64,000 nt of DNA from Chthoniobacterales bacterium (GCA_045809925.1 JBJMWX010000108.1:1792-65791), one strand, 5' to 3'. Counted from the stretch's first letter, positions 9,740 to 20,284 are shown. Program-made: numbers and translations. Notes: generated by a model from the sequence alone, not told the origin.

Positions 9740-10477
9740 CTAAAGACGAACCGGCTGGAGCGCGCCAGCCGGAATCCAGCCGCGTTGCGCGTTTGGCAGG
9801 ATCGCATAGGTCCAATCGCCTCGCGTGCTTACGATTTGCACCTCGCTGCCTGGCGGCAGGACGAGCACGCTCGCGGACGTGTCGGCAGTCGCGAGTCGCG
9901 CCTCGGTCTTGTTACCAATCACGATCGCGAGGGAACGGCCGTGCCAGCCGTTTTCCTTTGTCCACGCTGCCCAGGTTGAAGCGCCGCACACAACGAGCGC
10001 CAGCGCCACAATCGTAGCGCGAGCGACCGAGCGTCTTGTCGCAAAAAGGCTCGTTAGAGCGACCAATGCAGCGATCCAGAAGGAGAGCGCAGCTGCGATC
10101 GTCCATTGATTGGCGGTGGCGAAGGCAACGTAACGCTCCGCCGCATCAGGACGCATCTCAAGCGCGCGCGCCTGGTCACGTACCAGCCGCAGATTTGCTT
10201 CCGCTTCCGGTTGATGGGGATCGAGCGCGAGTGCCCGCTCATAATTTAAAATCGCTTTACCGAAGTCACCCGCCCGATACCACGCATTTCCAAGATCGTA
10301 GAACAAGTTGCTGCTCCATCGGCCGTCGCGCACCAGTTGCTCATAGCCGTCAATTGCCTTGCGGAAATCGCCGGCGGCGTAAGCCTGGTTTGCCTCCGTG
10401 AAGCTCGCGTCCTGCCCCGCGCGCGCCGGAACAAGGCTAGCCGAGGCAGCAATTAACAAGGCGATAATCCGGTTCAT
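9740..10477 (-). CDS. batE: BatE-like TPR + SH3 protein
   Basis: Signal peptide, TPR (YDLGNAWYR..KAILNYERAL), two TMs, SH3-like GWIP end. Confidence 0.85.
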   Translation of the reverse strand: MNRIIALLIAASASLVPARAGQDASFTEANQAYAAGDFRKAIDGYEQLVRDGRWSSNLFYDLGNAWYRAGDFGKAILNYERALALDPHQPEAEANLRLVRDQARALEMRPDAAERYVAFATANQWTIAAALSFWIAALVALTSLFATRRSVARATIVALALVVCGASTWAAWTKENGWHGRSLAIVIGNKTEARLATADTSASVLVLPPGSEVQIVSTRGDWTYAILPNAQRGWIPAGALQPVRL

Positions 10478-12333
10478 GCGCGGAGATGGTCCAGCAGGTC
10501 GAGAACTTCGCGGCGCGCGTCGGCCGACAACGTCGACGCGCCATTTCCCGTCCCGCTGTAACGCAGCTCGTCGCTGCGAGCGAACAACTGTTGAAGCCGT
10601 TGGCGGATTCCTTCGTCGGCTCGAAAGGCAGCCGCAGCCGTGTCGGCATCGATCGCATGCGGCGGTAGGTTTTTAATCACGGCCGCCTTCAACTGCACAG
10701 CGCGCGAGGCGTCGGCAAAATATTCGCGTGGCGGCAAATCGCTCCGATGGAGTTTCCGCTGCAAGTCGCTAATTTCGTGCTGCAGTTCGGCAAGCCGGCG
10801 GGCCTCGCGGTTGCTTTGCCGCCGTCGCCGAATTTGCCACGCCGCAAAGCCGAGAAGCAGAGCCAGCGGCACGAGCTGCCCCAACCAGAACACGCGTCGT
10901 GCGACTAACGGTGCAAACGCAGTTGTCCCGCGCGGCAACTCGCTTAGCTGATAAAGAATGTCCTGTGGTTTTGCCGTGCTCGCAGCTGGCGGAGCCGATG
11001 GCGTCGCCAGCCTTGGGGACGAAGGAGCGGCGGTCGGTGCAGTTGCCGCTGCGCCCCCCTGCACTTGGACGGCAATTGGCTGGGAACGGAGCGTGACGTA
11101 CTGCTCTTTCAGCGGGTCAAAGAAGGAGAAAACGAGCGGTGGAATTTTGTCCTTGCGTTCGGTCGCGCTCAGCACCGTCTCAAATGTTTTCGTGCCGCTG
11201 ATCCCCACGTCGTCATCCTGCTTAAATTGCGAAGAAGGAGGGTAGGCGTGCCAGCCGTTCGTATCCTCAAGGACGGGAGCGGCAACGCGATCGAAATTTC
11301 CACGGCCGGAGATCTTAATTGTTACCGTCATCGGGTCTCCAAGCTGGACACTGGTCGGCTTGGCTTCGCTCGTGATCGTGAAGCTGCCAACCGCTCCGGA
11401 AAAACTTGGCGGCGCATTGGGAGGCAGCGGCTTGACGTCCACCGTCACGGCATCGCTCTTCAACTTCACCTCGCGCGCCACACCAGGCGCGAACATCGGG
11501 TCGTTGAAGAAGTTGTCGAAAAACGGATCATTCATACCGAACGGATCGCGGACTGATGGTCGGCTACGACTCCGCTGCGGCACCCAAACCGTCACCGGCA
11601 TTTCGATCGGTCCGACTTCGATTTTCCCCGTGCGCGCCGCGGCGATGGCCGTTTTGTAGGTAATAATCTCGTGCGGCGAGCCTCGAATTGTCGCAGTCGT
11701 TTGCGTCGGCCTCGGCATTGTCTGCGCGACAAAACCCTGGCCGGGAATCTCGATGCTCGGCGGGAGCGCCGGAACCCGAATGTGGGCGGTCGTATCAAAA
11801 GCTAGCCGCACCTGCAGCGGAACCATCTCTCCGATATAAGCGCTCGTCTTGCCGAGCGTTAGCTCAATGAACCCGGCACGGCTCGCGTCCACTGTGCCGC
11901 GCGACTGACCAGCACCGCCTGAGCGCGCGCCCGCCGCGACGTTTAACGTCAGTTCAGGCGTGCGCAGGGTCTTGTCGCCGACCCGAATCGATTGCGGCGG
12001 AATCTTAAACGTGCCGGGCTTGTCCGGCATGATCGTGTAGCTATAGACGATGCTCATGCTCGTCGAGAAGCCGCGCATCTCAATACTTTGGGATTCGCCG
12101 GTGTAACGAATATCGAGGCCGCCGACATTGATCTGATCCGGCATCTGGGCGCGTCGCGACCCGTTGATTTTAATTTGCAACTGCACCGGTTCGCCGACAG
12201 CGGTCTCGGAACTATCCAGCACTGCGGTGACGCTCGGCTCGTCGGCGCGCGACTCAGTCGCCACGCAGGCGACGGTTGCGAGCACGATTAAAAAACGTAT
12301 TGCGAAACTGCGGAGAGAATTCGGGTGAAACAT
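10474..12333 (-). CDS. batD: BatD family protein
   Basis: Signal peptide, Ig-like repeats, FSGAVGSF, GRGN motif, C-terminal TM; position in Bat operon. Confidence 0.88.
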   Translation of the reverse strand: MFHPNSLRSFAIRFLIVLATVACVATESRADEPSVTAVLDSSETAVGEPVQLQIKINGSRRAQMPDQINVGGLDIRYTGESQSIEMRGFSTSMSIVYSYTIMPDKPGTFKIPPQSIRVGDKTLRTPELTLNVAAGARSGGAGQSRGTVDASRAGFIELTLGKTSAYIGEMVPLQVRLAFDTTAHIRVPALPPSIEIPGQGFVAQTMPRPTQTTATIRGSPHEIITYKTAIAAARTGKIEVGPIEMPVTVWVPQRSRSRPSVRDPFGMNDPFFDNFFNDPMFAPGVAREVKLKSDAVTVDVKPLPPNAPPSFSGAVGSFTITSEAKPTSVQLGDPMTVTIKISGRGNFDRVAAPVLEDTNGWHAYPPSSQFKQDDDVGISGTKTFETVLSATERKDKIPPLVFSFFDPLKEQYVTLRSQPIAVQVQGGAAATAPTAAPSSPRLATPSAPPAASTAKPQDILYQLSELPRGTTAFAPLVARRVFWLGQLVPLALLLGFAAWQIRRRRQSNREARRLAELQHEISDLQRKLHRSDLPPREYFADASRAVQLKAAVIKNLPPHAIDADTAAAAFRADEGIRQRLQQLFARSDELRYSGTGNGASTLSADARREVLDLLDHLRA

Positions 12334-12341
12334 GCCGGCGG

Positions 12342-14567
12342 CTACCAGTCCTTATAGACATGGCGTGCAGCCTTACGTTCATCAAGCTGCACCCGCTGTT
12401 CCTCGTCTTTCATCGACTTGAGGAGAAGTTCCGCCTGCTTCTCGCTCATCTGCCCGTCCTTTTGCTCTTCGGCTTCCGCGATCTCCGCCGCCTGCTCCTG
12501 TGATTTCTCGTCATTCGTCCCTTTCAGTTCGCCGGCGAGCTTCTTTGCAGGCGAAGCAGAAGGCGCCGCCGTCGCAGATCCGTTTGCCTCGGCTCCATTG
12601 CCTTCTCCGGGCGACGGCGACGGCGATTCACCTGCGCCCTTGTTTTGCTCTTGGGCGGGGGTCGGCGACGCCGGCTGATTCTGGTTGTCTCCGTTCTCCG
12701 GCTGCGGCTGCTGACCGGGTGTTGTTGAGGCCGAAGCGCTCGGAGAAGGCGACGGCCCGCCGTTGCTATCATCCTGGTTCTTTTCCCCCGCGGAGGGCGA
12801 AGGTGTCGGCGAGGTGCCTTGCTTGTCGTTCGGTTGGTCTTTCTGCTGGCCGTCTTTTTTTTGTTCGTCTTTCGATTGCTCCTGCTTCTGCTGGTCGTCC
12901 TTTGACTGCTGATCCTGCTGCTGTTGGTTTTGATCGCGCTGTTGTTGCTGCTGATCCTTTTTTTGCGGCGACTGCTGGTCGTTCTTCTGCTGGTTCTTGT
13001 CTTGCTGCTTTTGTTGTTGCTGCTGCTGCGGTGAAGGCGAGGGCGTCGGCTGTTCCTGTTTGCGCTTCAGCTCCTCGATTTTGTTCTTCACGAACTCAAG
13101 GTTCTCCTTCGCCTCTTTGTCATTCGGGTCGAGCTTGAGTGCCTGTTCGTAGTGCTGCACGGCGTTCGCCCATTCGCCCAGCTTCTTTGCGTCGGCCGTC
13201 TGCGATTCGCCACGCTCGTACAAGGTGTTGCCCAAATTGTAGTGACTTCGGCTCTGCAGCGCTTTGTCGGGCGAAAGCAAGGCCTGGCTGAAGGCGTCGA
13301 GCGCCTTGTTGTAGTCCTTAAGTTTGTAGGCGGCGGCACCGGAATCGAAGTGCAGTTTGTCCGCCGCTTCGCTCTGCGGGTGCTCCTTCAGGGTTTGTTG
13401 AAACTGCTCGTAGGCGTCGCGATATTTCTCCGTCCGGTAGGCGTCGAGCCCGGGTGAAGCAGCAAGCACGCTCCCGGCCGATGCGATGACGACCGCGGCT
13501 GCGGCCAACGCGGCCCGCGTGACTTGCGGCCGCACCCCACGCACCCGGACGCGCTTTCGTTCGCTCACAAGAAACCAGCTCGCCAGCGCAATGCACCCCG
13601 CGGCGAGCGGCCACTGATAACGCTCAATTGGCCGACGGGATAAACGCGCATCAATTTGGCCAGCCTGCAGCGTAGAAAGACCCTCGCGGACCAGCTGTTT
13701 CATGGTCGAAGGGCCGTTGTCGAGATGCAGGTAGAGTCCTCCCGTCGCCGCCGCCAATTCGCGCAACCGTTTTTCGTCCAGCTTCGATTTGACCACCTGA
13801 CCTTTGTCATCCTTGACGAATGCGGTGCCGCTGCCGTCGGGGCTGCGCAGCGGAATCAGCGATCCCTCAGGTGTGCCGACACCGATCGTGAATATGCGAA
13901 CACCTGCGTCGGCGGCGGCTTTTGCAGTCTTCGTCGCATCACCGCTTAGCTCTTCGCCGTCGGTAAAGATAATGAGCGCGCGATTGCCGGTCGCGCTTTT
14001 GCCGTAGGTCGACACAGCGAGGTTGATCGCCTCCGAAATATTCGTGCCGCCTTCAGGAATCGTGTTCGTGTCGAGATCGTTGACGGCATCGATCGCGGCA
14101 TTGTAATCGATCGTGAGCGGCGCCTGGACGAAGGCGCGACCGGCGAACGCGATTAATCCGATACGGTCGCCCTGCAGCTCATTAATAAAGTCCTGCGCGG
14201 CGAGCTTCACTCGGTCGAGGCGGCTCGGCTGCACGTCGTTCGAGAGCATGCTGCGAGACGTGTCGACGGCGAGAAGCAGATCGAGACCTTTTCGCTTTGT
14301 TTCGTCGTAGGTGTAACCCCAGCGCGGTTGGGCGAGGGCAAGGATGGCGCACGTTAGTCCGACAAGGAGAAGCGCGAAACGCATTGCGCGGCGCGCGTAG
14401 TTTACCGTCCCGGCGAGTTCCGGCAGCAGCTTCGGTGAAATGAAGGTGCCGAGGCGCGCCGCGGTCGAGCGCTCGGCGCGGACGTAGACGAGCACGAGCG
14501 CGGGCACAATCAGCAGTGCCCAAAGCCAGGACGGCGCGCCTAATGCGAAATCGTGGAGCGAAGTCAC
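12342..14567 (-). CDS. batB: BatB-BatC fusion (vWA + TPR + Gln-rich linker)
   Basis: DTSRSM MIDAS, TDGE, TPR (HYNLGN), Q/P/S-rich region, KDW terminus; GTG start overlaps the batA stop. Confidence 0.88.
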   Translation of the reverse strand: MTSLHDFALGAPSWLWALLIVPALVLVYVRAERSTAARLGTFISPKLLPELAGTVNYARRAMRFALLLVGLTCAILALAQPRWGYTYDETKRKGLDLLLAVDTSRSMLSNDVQPSRLDRVKLAAQDFINELQGDRIGLIAFAGRAFVQAPLTIDYNAAIDAVNDLDTNTIPEGGTNISEAINLAVSTYGKSATGNRALIIFTDGEELSGDATKTAKAAADAGVRIFTIGVGTPEGSLIPLRSPDGSGTAFVKDDKGQVVKSKLDEKRLRELAAATGGLYLHLDNGPSTMKQLVREGLSTLQAGQIDARLSRRPIERYQWPLAAGCIALASWFLVSERKRVRVRGVRPQVTRAALAAAAVVIASAGSVLAASPGLDAYRTEKYRDAYEQFQQTLKEHPQSEAADKLHFDSGAAAYKLKDYNKALDAFSQALLSPDKALQSRSHYNLGNTLYERGESQTADAKKLGEWANAVQHYEQALKLDPNDKEAKENLEFVKNKIEELKRKQEQPTPSPSPQQQQQQKQQDKNQQKNDQQSPQKKDQQQQQRDQNQQQQDQQSKDDQQKQEQSKDEQKKDGQQKDQPNDKQGTSPTPSPSAGEKNQDDSNGGPSPSPSASASTTPGQQPQPENGDNQNQPASPTPAQEQNKGAGESPSPSPGEGNGAEANGSATAAPSASPAKKLAGELKGTNDEKSQEQAAEIAEAEEQKDGQMSEKQAELLLKSMKDEEQRVQLDERKAARHVYKDW

Positions 14568-15628
14568 GGCAACTTCTTCCAAAGAGTGTTCGAGAGCACG
14601 AGCTGCGCGACGAGCAGACCGCACCCTGCCATGATGCAGGCCGGAAAAAGGTCGCGGTATTGCTGGTGCTTTTTCACCTGCACGGTTGTCTTCTCCAGCT
14701 TGTCGATGTCGCCGAAAATCCTCTCGAGAGATTTCGTGTCAGTCGCGCGAAAGAACTGGCCGTCGGCGATCCGGGCGACTTCCTTCAGGCCCGCTTCATT
14801 GAATGAAACGCGCGCTCGTTGATAGAGCACATTGCCCGCTGTATCGGTCAACACTCTGCTTGTCCGCGGGTCCATCGCCGGGTATTGCGCAATGCCATTG
14901 GTGCCGATGCCGATCGCGTAAAGTTTGATCCGCAACGCCTTGAGCGCCTCCGCGGCGGTGTTCGGAGGAATCTTTCCCGCGTTGTTGTCACCGTCGGTCA
15001 GGAGCACAACCGCGCGGCTCTTCGACTGTTTGTCGTTGAGGCGATTCCCCGCCGCTGCCATCGCCGACCCGATCGCGGTGCTGCCTTCAATCAACCCGAT
15101 CCGGACGCGATCGAGATTCTGTAGCAGCCAGTCATGGTCGAGCGTCATCGGGCTGACCACGAACGGTTGTGCGCCGAACGCGATCATCCCGATGCGGTCG
15201 TTTGGCCGTCCTTCGATAAACTTGCGCGTCACCTCACGCACGGCATCGAGCCGGGTCGCTTCGTCGCCCCCGATGGTGAAGTCCTTCGTCAGCATCGAGT
15301 TCGAGACGTCGAGCACCAGCATGATGTCGATGCCGCTCGCCTCAACCTCGGTCAGACTTTTGCCGAGCTGAGGCCGGGCCAGTGCGAGGACGAATATGGC
15401 AAGCGCGAGGAGGAGCAGTGTGCGAAGCAATTTGCCCGCGCGCGCGGCGCTTAGTTTCCCGAGCGCGCGCAGGGTTACCGTGTTCGAGAATACGACGGCT
15501 GGTGCGGGACCACGCTGCCCGCGCAGCCAGGCGAGCAATGGGACAAGGGCGAGCAGCAAGAGGAGCCATGGATTAGCGAAAGACAGGGCGGTATTCGCCG
15601 GTAGCCAGTCACGCGGGTTCAAGCGCAC
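14564..15628 (-). CDS. batA: BatA vWA-domain protein
   Basis: FANPW..LALARPQ, DVSNSM MIDAS, LLTDG, C-terminal TM. Confidence 0.9.
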   Translation of the reverse strand: MRLNPRDWLPANTALSFANPWLLLLLALVPLLAWLRGQRGPAPAVVFSNTVTLRALGKLSAARAGKLLRTLLLLALAIFVLALARPQLGKSLTEVEASGIDIMLVLDVSNSMLTKDFTIGGDEATRLDAVREVTRKFIEGRPNDRIGMIAFGAQPFVVSPMTLDHDWLLQNLDRVRIGLIEGSTAIGSAMAAAGNRLNDKQSKSRAVVLLTDGDNNAGKIPPNTAAEALKALRIKLYAIGIGTNGIAQYPAMDPRTSRVLTDTAGNVLYQRARVSFNEAGLKEVARIADGQFFRATDTKSLERIFGDIDKLEKTTVQVKKHQQYRDLFPACIMAGCGLLVAQLVLSNTLWKKLP

Positions 15629-16118
15629 CTCCCTTCACAAATCGCGTCGCTTCTTCAAGCAACAGCCGGCTGTCGTCGCGCGTCGCGTCATAGCGCGCAA
15701 ACTTGATCAAATCACAGCGGCTCAGGAAATCGTCGAGCAGCGCCTTGTCGTCGGCCGAAAAGGCAGGCGAATCGCTTAATGCGGAGAGAAACTCGACGGA
15801 GGTTTGTCGTGTCAGCGGGAGCTGATATTGCTCGGAAACATACCTGCGCAGAATATCGGAGACAAAGATGCTGAATTGATACGGGTTCATGGTGTCGATC
15901 TCTCTCGCGGCGCGGTCGAGTTGTTCGAGCGCACGCTGGCGGGCGGTCGGAATGCGGACTGGTCGGCGCCTGCGCGCGCGAATGATCAACCAAACGGCAC
16001 CGCCGACCAGCGCGAGGATGATGAATGAAACCGCCAAAACCAGCCAGGCAGGGATCAGCGAATAGTCGACCGCCGGCGCGATATCGTGAAATTGCTGCTG
16101 GGCCAGCCAGGCTTTCAT
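15609..16118 (-). CDS. DUF4381-like membrane protein of MoxR operons
   Basis: HDI..P, single TM, TSVEFL, DLIKFA; position in operon. Confidence 0.75.
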   Translation of the reverse strand: MKAWLAQQQFHDIAPAVDYSLIPAWLVLAVSFIILALVGGAVWLIIRARRRRPVRIPTARQRALEQLDRAAREIDTMNPYQFSIFVSDILRRYVSEQYQLPLTRQTSVEFLSALSDSPAFSADDKALLDDFLSRCDLIKFARYDATRDDSRLLLEEATRFVKGGALEPA

Positions 16119-17017
16119 CTGATCGCAAGTCGCCGCTCGCGCACTTTAAAGAAGGAGCGAAGCGGCGGCATATAATCTTCGCCCGTCCGAAGTGAAATCG
16201 CATCGATGTTGCTCCGCCGCAGGACTCGCTGGAGTTCATCGCGGCGCGCATTTGCCAAAGCTGCGAAACGATCGCGCGTTCCGCGGTCGGCGGTGTTGAT
16301 CTCAATCTGCTCGCCGGTCTCGGCATCTTCGAGAGTGATGATGCCGATATTCGGCAGGACACGCTCGCGTTCATCTTCGATATGCACTGCGATAAAATCG
16401 TGCCGCCTTCCGCTCACCGCCAGTTGGCGCGAAAAGTCGCTCGTCTGAAAATCCGAGATGAAGAAGACGACCGCGCGGCGGGTGATGATTCTGTTCAGGT
16501 GATCGAGCGCGAGCGCCGGGTCCGTTCCGCGCCCGGTCGGCTGGAAAAACAAAATCTCGCGCACAATCCGCAGGGTGTGCGAGCGGCCTTTCTTCGGCGG
16601 CACGAACAGCTCAACGCGGTCGGTAAAGAGGAGCAAGCCAACCTTGTCGTTGTTCCGGATCGCGCTGAAGGCGAGCAGACACGCGACTTCCGCCGCGAGT
16701 TCGCGCTTCGACTGCGAGGCGCTGCCAAAATACTCAGAGGCGCTGACGTCGACCACGAGGATGACGGTGAGTTCGCGCTCTTCAGTGAATTTCTTGACGA
16801 AGGCAGTGCCGAGTCGCGCGGTCACGTTCCAGTCGATCGCGCGAATTTCGTCGCCCGGCTGATATTCGCGCACCTCGTCGAAGTTCATCCCGCGCCCCTT
16901 GAAGACGCTGTGGTAATCACCCGCCAGGACGGTCTCAACCAGGCCGCGCGTCTTGATCTCCAGCTCGCGGATCTTCTTCAGAATTTCCGCGGTTGTCTGC
17001 CGGACTTCTACCATCAT
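16115..17017 (-). CDS. DUF58 domain protein
   Basis: GRGMNFDEVREYQPGDEIRAIDWNVTAR, EERE, ISDF. Confidence 0.95.
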   Translation of the reverse strand: MMVEVRQTTAEILKKIRELEIKTRGLVETVLAGDYHSVFKGRGMNFDEVREYQPGDEIRAIDWNVTARLGTAFVKKFTEERELTVILVVDVSASEYFGSASQSKRELAAEVACLLAFSAIRNNDKVGLLLFTDRVELFVPPKKGRSHTLRIVREILFFQPTGRGTDPALALDHLNRIITRRAVVFFISDFQTSDFSRQLAVSGRRHDFIAVHIEDERERVLPNIGIITLEDAETGEQIEINTADRGTRDRFAALANARRDELQRVLRRSNIDAISLRTGEDYMPPLRSFFKVRERRLAIR

Positions 17018-18000
17018 GGCACCGGCAGCCCGGTGAAGATCTGCTCGATTACTTTCTCGCTCGTGATCGCTTCTGCTTCCGCTTCGTAACTGACGATGAT
17101 GCGATGACGGAGCACGTCGAAGCCGATGCTCTTCACGTCCTGCGGAGTGACGTAGCCGCGGCCATTCAGAAAGGCATGAGCGCGCGCTGCGAGCGCCAGA
17201 TAGATAGTTGCGCGGGGCGAAGCGCCGTAGCGCACGAGTCCATCGAGCTGCAGGTTGTAGACCCGCGGCTCGCGTGTCGCCCAGACCACGTCCACGATGT
17301 AATCCTTCACGCGATCATCGATGTAGATGCTGTTGACGACGGAGCGCGCCTTGATGATCTGCTGCGGGTCGATGACGGCATCGACGTGCAGGTCGGGCGT
17401 CGACGTCGCCATCAGGTCGAGGATCTGCCGCTCTTCCGATTTCGCCGGATAGCCGATCTGCAACTTCAACATGAAGCGATCGAGCTGCGCTTCGGGCAAT
17501 TGATACGTTCCCTCCTGCTCAAGCGGGTTCTGCGTGGCCAGAACGAGAAACGGATCCGAAAGCGGATACGTCTTTTCTCCAATCGTGACCTGCCGTTCCT
17601 GCATCGCCTCGAGCAGCGCGCTCTGCACTTTCGCCGGCGCGCGATTGATTTCATCGGCGAGGATCAGATTCGAGAAGAGCGGACCGAACTTCGTCGTGAA
17701 CTCCCCTGAGCGCGGATTGTAGATCAGTGTTCCGATCAGATCGGCCGGGAGCAGGTCGGGGGTGAATTGCAGCCGCTGAAAGCCGGTTTGGATCGCCGCC
17801 GCAAGGGTCTTGACCGTCAGCGTCTTCGCCAGGCCCGGAACGCCCTCGAGCAGGACGTGGCCGTTGGCAAGCAAGCCGAGCAAGAGCCGATCGACGAGAT
17901 ATTTCTGGCCGACCACGACGCGCCCGATCTGCTCGCGCAATGCAGGAATCCAGCGACCGAGCTCCTGGACTTCGTATGTGACTTCCTGCGTCGATTTCAT
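17014..18000 (-). CDS. moxR: MoxR family AAA+ ATPase
   Basis: LLEGVPGLAKT, QFTPDLLPAD, DEINRAPAKVQSALLEAM, ATQNP, GASPRA. Confidence 0.97.
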   Translation of the reverse strand: MKSTQEVTYEVQELGRWIPALREQIGRVVVGQKYLVDRLLLGLLANGHVLLEGVPGLAKTLTVKTLAAAIQTGFQRLQFTPDLLPADLIGTLIYNPRSGEFTTKFGPLFSNLILADEINRAPAKVQSALLEAMQERQVTIGEKTYPLSDPFLVLATQNPLEQEGTYQLPEAQLDRFMLKLQIGYPAKSEERQILDLMATSTPDLHVDAVIDPQQIIKARSVVNSIYIDDRVKDYIVDVVWATREPRVYNLQLDGLVRYGASPRATIYLALAARAHAFLNGRGYVTPQDVKSIGFDVLRHRIIVSYEAEAEAITSEKVIEQIFTGLPVP

Positions 18001-18040
18001 ATGGAGTGATGAGACATGGCGAAGGATAGAATGTTCGATC

Positions 18041-18123
18041 TGTAGTGGCGGTCTGCGGCGGTCGCAAACGCCACTGGCAATCGCCTGGAGCGGGCAGCCC
18101 GGCGGTCATGGACTGCCGCTACA
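18041..18123. repeat. GTAG-type REP doublet (inverted pair)
   Basis: TGTAGTGGCGGTCTGCGGCGGTCG at 18041 and reverse-complement TGTAGCGGCAGTCCATGACCGCCG ending at 18123; related copies at 29495 and 38187. Confidence 0.7.
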
Positions 18124-19495
18124 ATGTCTGGCTGCGTGCCCGGCAGGAGATTTGCATGGGCAGCCCTGCGTACGGCTCGGCGGCGCGGATCCGGCCCTCG
18201 AGGTACCGCTTGTACGTTTCCGTGAGCAGCTTCGGGTCGTTAACAAAGAGCACGAACTTCACCGGGTTGAGCGGATGACCGCCCTTGGTGTTTGCCTGCG
18301 TCGCGTAAAACAATTTCAGCCGGCGCGTTCCCACGATCGGCGGAGGGGCCGCCGCGAACGCGCTGCGCAAAAGACGGTTTAGCGGGCCAGTACTGATACC
18401 ACGGGCCGCGCCGCGCCGGATCGTGTCGATCAATGTAAAGACCTGCAGCACATTTTCACCGCGAATCGCGGAGGTCACGAGGACGGGTGCATAGGGCAAA
18501 AAGAAAATCTGCTCCTGCGCTTGCGCGGCGATTTCCTGCATCGCGCTGCGGACGCGGTTTTGCGGTTTGATCAGGTCCCACTTGTTCAGCACGACGACAC
18601 AGGCTTTCTGCGCTTTCTGAATGAGACCAGCGATTTTCTTGTCTTGTCCGGTTACGCCACTGGTCAGATCGACGACGAGGACACAAAGATCCGCTCGCCG
18701 GATGGTGCGCTCGGCGCGCATGACGCTGAACACCTCGACGGAGCTTGAGTGCTTGCCGCGCGCGCGTATTCCCGCAGTATCGATGAGGACGAATCGCTCG
18801 CCGCTTCGAGTGTATGGCACATCGACGGCGTCGCGCGTTGTGCCTGGAATTGCGCTCACAATCGTTCGCTCGTCGCGCAGGACAGCATTGATCAGAGATG
18901 ATTTCCCGGCGTTCGGTTTGCCTACGATGGCAATTGCCGTCGGTTCGGTTGTGGCTTCCTCCGCAGCACTCGACGAATCGGCCCCGCCTGGTGTTAGCGG
19001 GAGCATGCGCTCGATTTCTTCCAAGAGATCCGAGATGCCCCGCCCATGTGCCGCGCTGATCGAAACGGAGCCGTCGAAGTTCAGTTCGGCAAAATCGTCG
19101 GCGAGCGTTTCATGTTTCGGGTCGTCGATTTTGTTGATCACGAGCACGACCGGTTTCCGGGATCGTCGAAGCATGCGACCGAGATCGGCGTCAATCGGGG
19201 TGAGTCCTTGCTGCGCGTCGACGACGAACAGCACGAGATCGCTCTCGCGCATGGCCGCGTCGGCCGCCATTCGGACCTGCTGTGGCAACTCGCCTTCGCC
19301 AGCCCCGCCGATGCCGCCGGTGTCCCATACGGCGAGGGGCCGCTTGCCGCGCGTACTAATCGCGACGAGCCGATCTCGGGTGATGCCGGGCTGGTCGTGG
19401 ACAATGGCGATGTTGCGGCCGACGAGCCGATTAAACAGTGCTGACTTCCCGACGTTCGGGCGACCGACAATCGCGACTTTGCCTGGTGTCTCCAC
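18119..19495 (-). CDS. der: Ribosome biogenesis GTPase Der (EngA)
   Basis: Two G domains (GRPNVGKS/DTGG/NKID; GKPNAGKS/DTAG/NKWD) plus KH-like C-terminus. Confidence 0.97.
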   Translation of the reverse strand: METPGKVAIVGRPNVGKSALFNRLVGRNIAIVHDQPGITRDRLVAISTRGKRPLAVWDTGGIGGAGEGELPQQVRMAADAAMRESDLVLFVVDAQQGLTPIDADLGRMLRRSRKPVVLVINKIDDPKHETLADDFAELNFDGSVSISAAHGRGISDLLEEIERMLPLTPGGADSSSAAEEATTEPTAIAIVGKPNAGKSSLINAVLRDERTIVSAIPGTTRDAVDVPYTRSGERFVLIDTAGIRARGKHSSSVEVFSVMRAERTIRRADLCVLVVDLTSGVTGQDKKIAGLIQKAQKACVVVLNKWDLIKPQNRVRSAMQEIAAQAQEQIFFLPYAPVLVTSAIRGENVLQVFTLIDTIRRGAARGISTGPLNRLLRSAFAAAPPPIVGTRRLKLFYATQANTKGGHPLNPVKFVLFVNDPKLLTETYKRYLEGRIRAAEPYAGLPMQISCRARSQTL

Positions 19496-19525
19496 GCAGG
19501 TGCTTCGGTTCGCCGGGTCGGAACG

Positions 19526-20131
19526 TCAACTCACCTTCGCGTTCGCATGGCCGCCGGCCTGTGCCTGGCGGATGCCGTCGAGCACGTAAATCACGCCCGA
19601 GCCGAGGGTAAACAAGCCAGCGGCGATCACGACCCACATCAACGGCAAGAACCGCAATTGCAACATCACCCAGGCGATCGCCGCCATCTGCAAGACCGTC
19701 GCTACTTTTCCGACCCAACTCGGCTTCACGTTCACTTTGCCGTTGAGCAAATGGAGGATGACTGCGCCGATCAGGATGACTGCGTCGCGCGTGATGACAA
19801 GGACCGGAAACCACGCCGGGAAGTGCCCGAAATCAGGATCGCTTTTACTCCAGTTGCTGATGCTAAGGGTGATAATCCCGCTAAGGAGCAGACCCTTGTC
19901 CGCAATCGGATCGAGGATAACCCCGAGCGAGCTGCGCTGATTGTACCGACGAGCGACATAACCATCGACGCCGTCACTGGCAGCGGCCAGGAGGAAAACA
20001 ATAATTGCAGCGAAGCGCTGCCATTCCAACGGCGCGCCCCGCTGGATACTTTCACCGTAATAGATCCCCAGCGTCACAAACACCGGGATCATGAGAATCC
20101 GGACGATCGTGATCTTGTTCGCTGTCGTCAT
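19526..20131 (-). CDS. pgsA: CDP-alcohol phosphatidyltransferase (PgsA-like)
   Basis: ANKIT..RI, DGVDGYVAR..G..LDPIADK signature; start set to ATG 20131. Confidence 0.85.
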   Translation of the reverse strand: MTTANKITIVRILMIPVFVTLGIYYGESIQRGAPLEWQRFAAIIVFLLAAASDGVDGYVARRYNQRSSLGVILDPIADKGLLLSGIITLSISNWSKSDPDFGHFPAWFPVLVITRDAVILIGAVILHLLNGKVNVKPSWVGKVATVLQMAAIAWVMLQLRFLPLMWVVIAAGLFTLGSGVIYVLDGIRQAQAGGHANAKVS

Positions 20132-20199
20132 CGCAGGCAGGTGAACTGAACGTGAATCTGTTTGGTTCGGCAAGCCGACTGCGTACAATGCCGCCGCAC

Positions 20200-20284
20200 G
20201 CCGATGTGGCGAAATGGCAGACGCAACGGACTTAAAATCCGTTGGGCCGAAAGGCCCGTGCCGGTTCGAGTCCGGCCATCGGCA
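20200..20284 (+). tRNA. tRNA-Leu (TAA)
   Basis: GCCGATG/CATCGGC acceptor stem, ACGGA-CTTAAAA-TCCGT anticodon arm, long variable arm GGGCCGAAAGGCCC, GGTTCGAGTCC T-arm; CCA not encoded; TACAAT just upstream. Confidence 0.97.

Noticed and set aside
12840-13030. CTG/TTG-rich periodic DNA as a CRISPR array or satellite
   Set aside because: It is explained by poly-Gln coding in batB, with no repeat-spacer structure.
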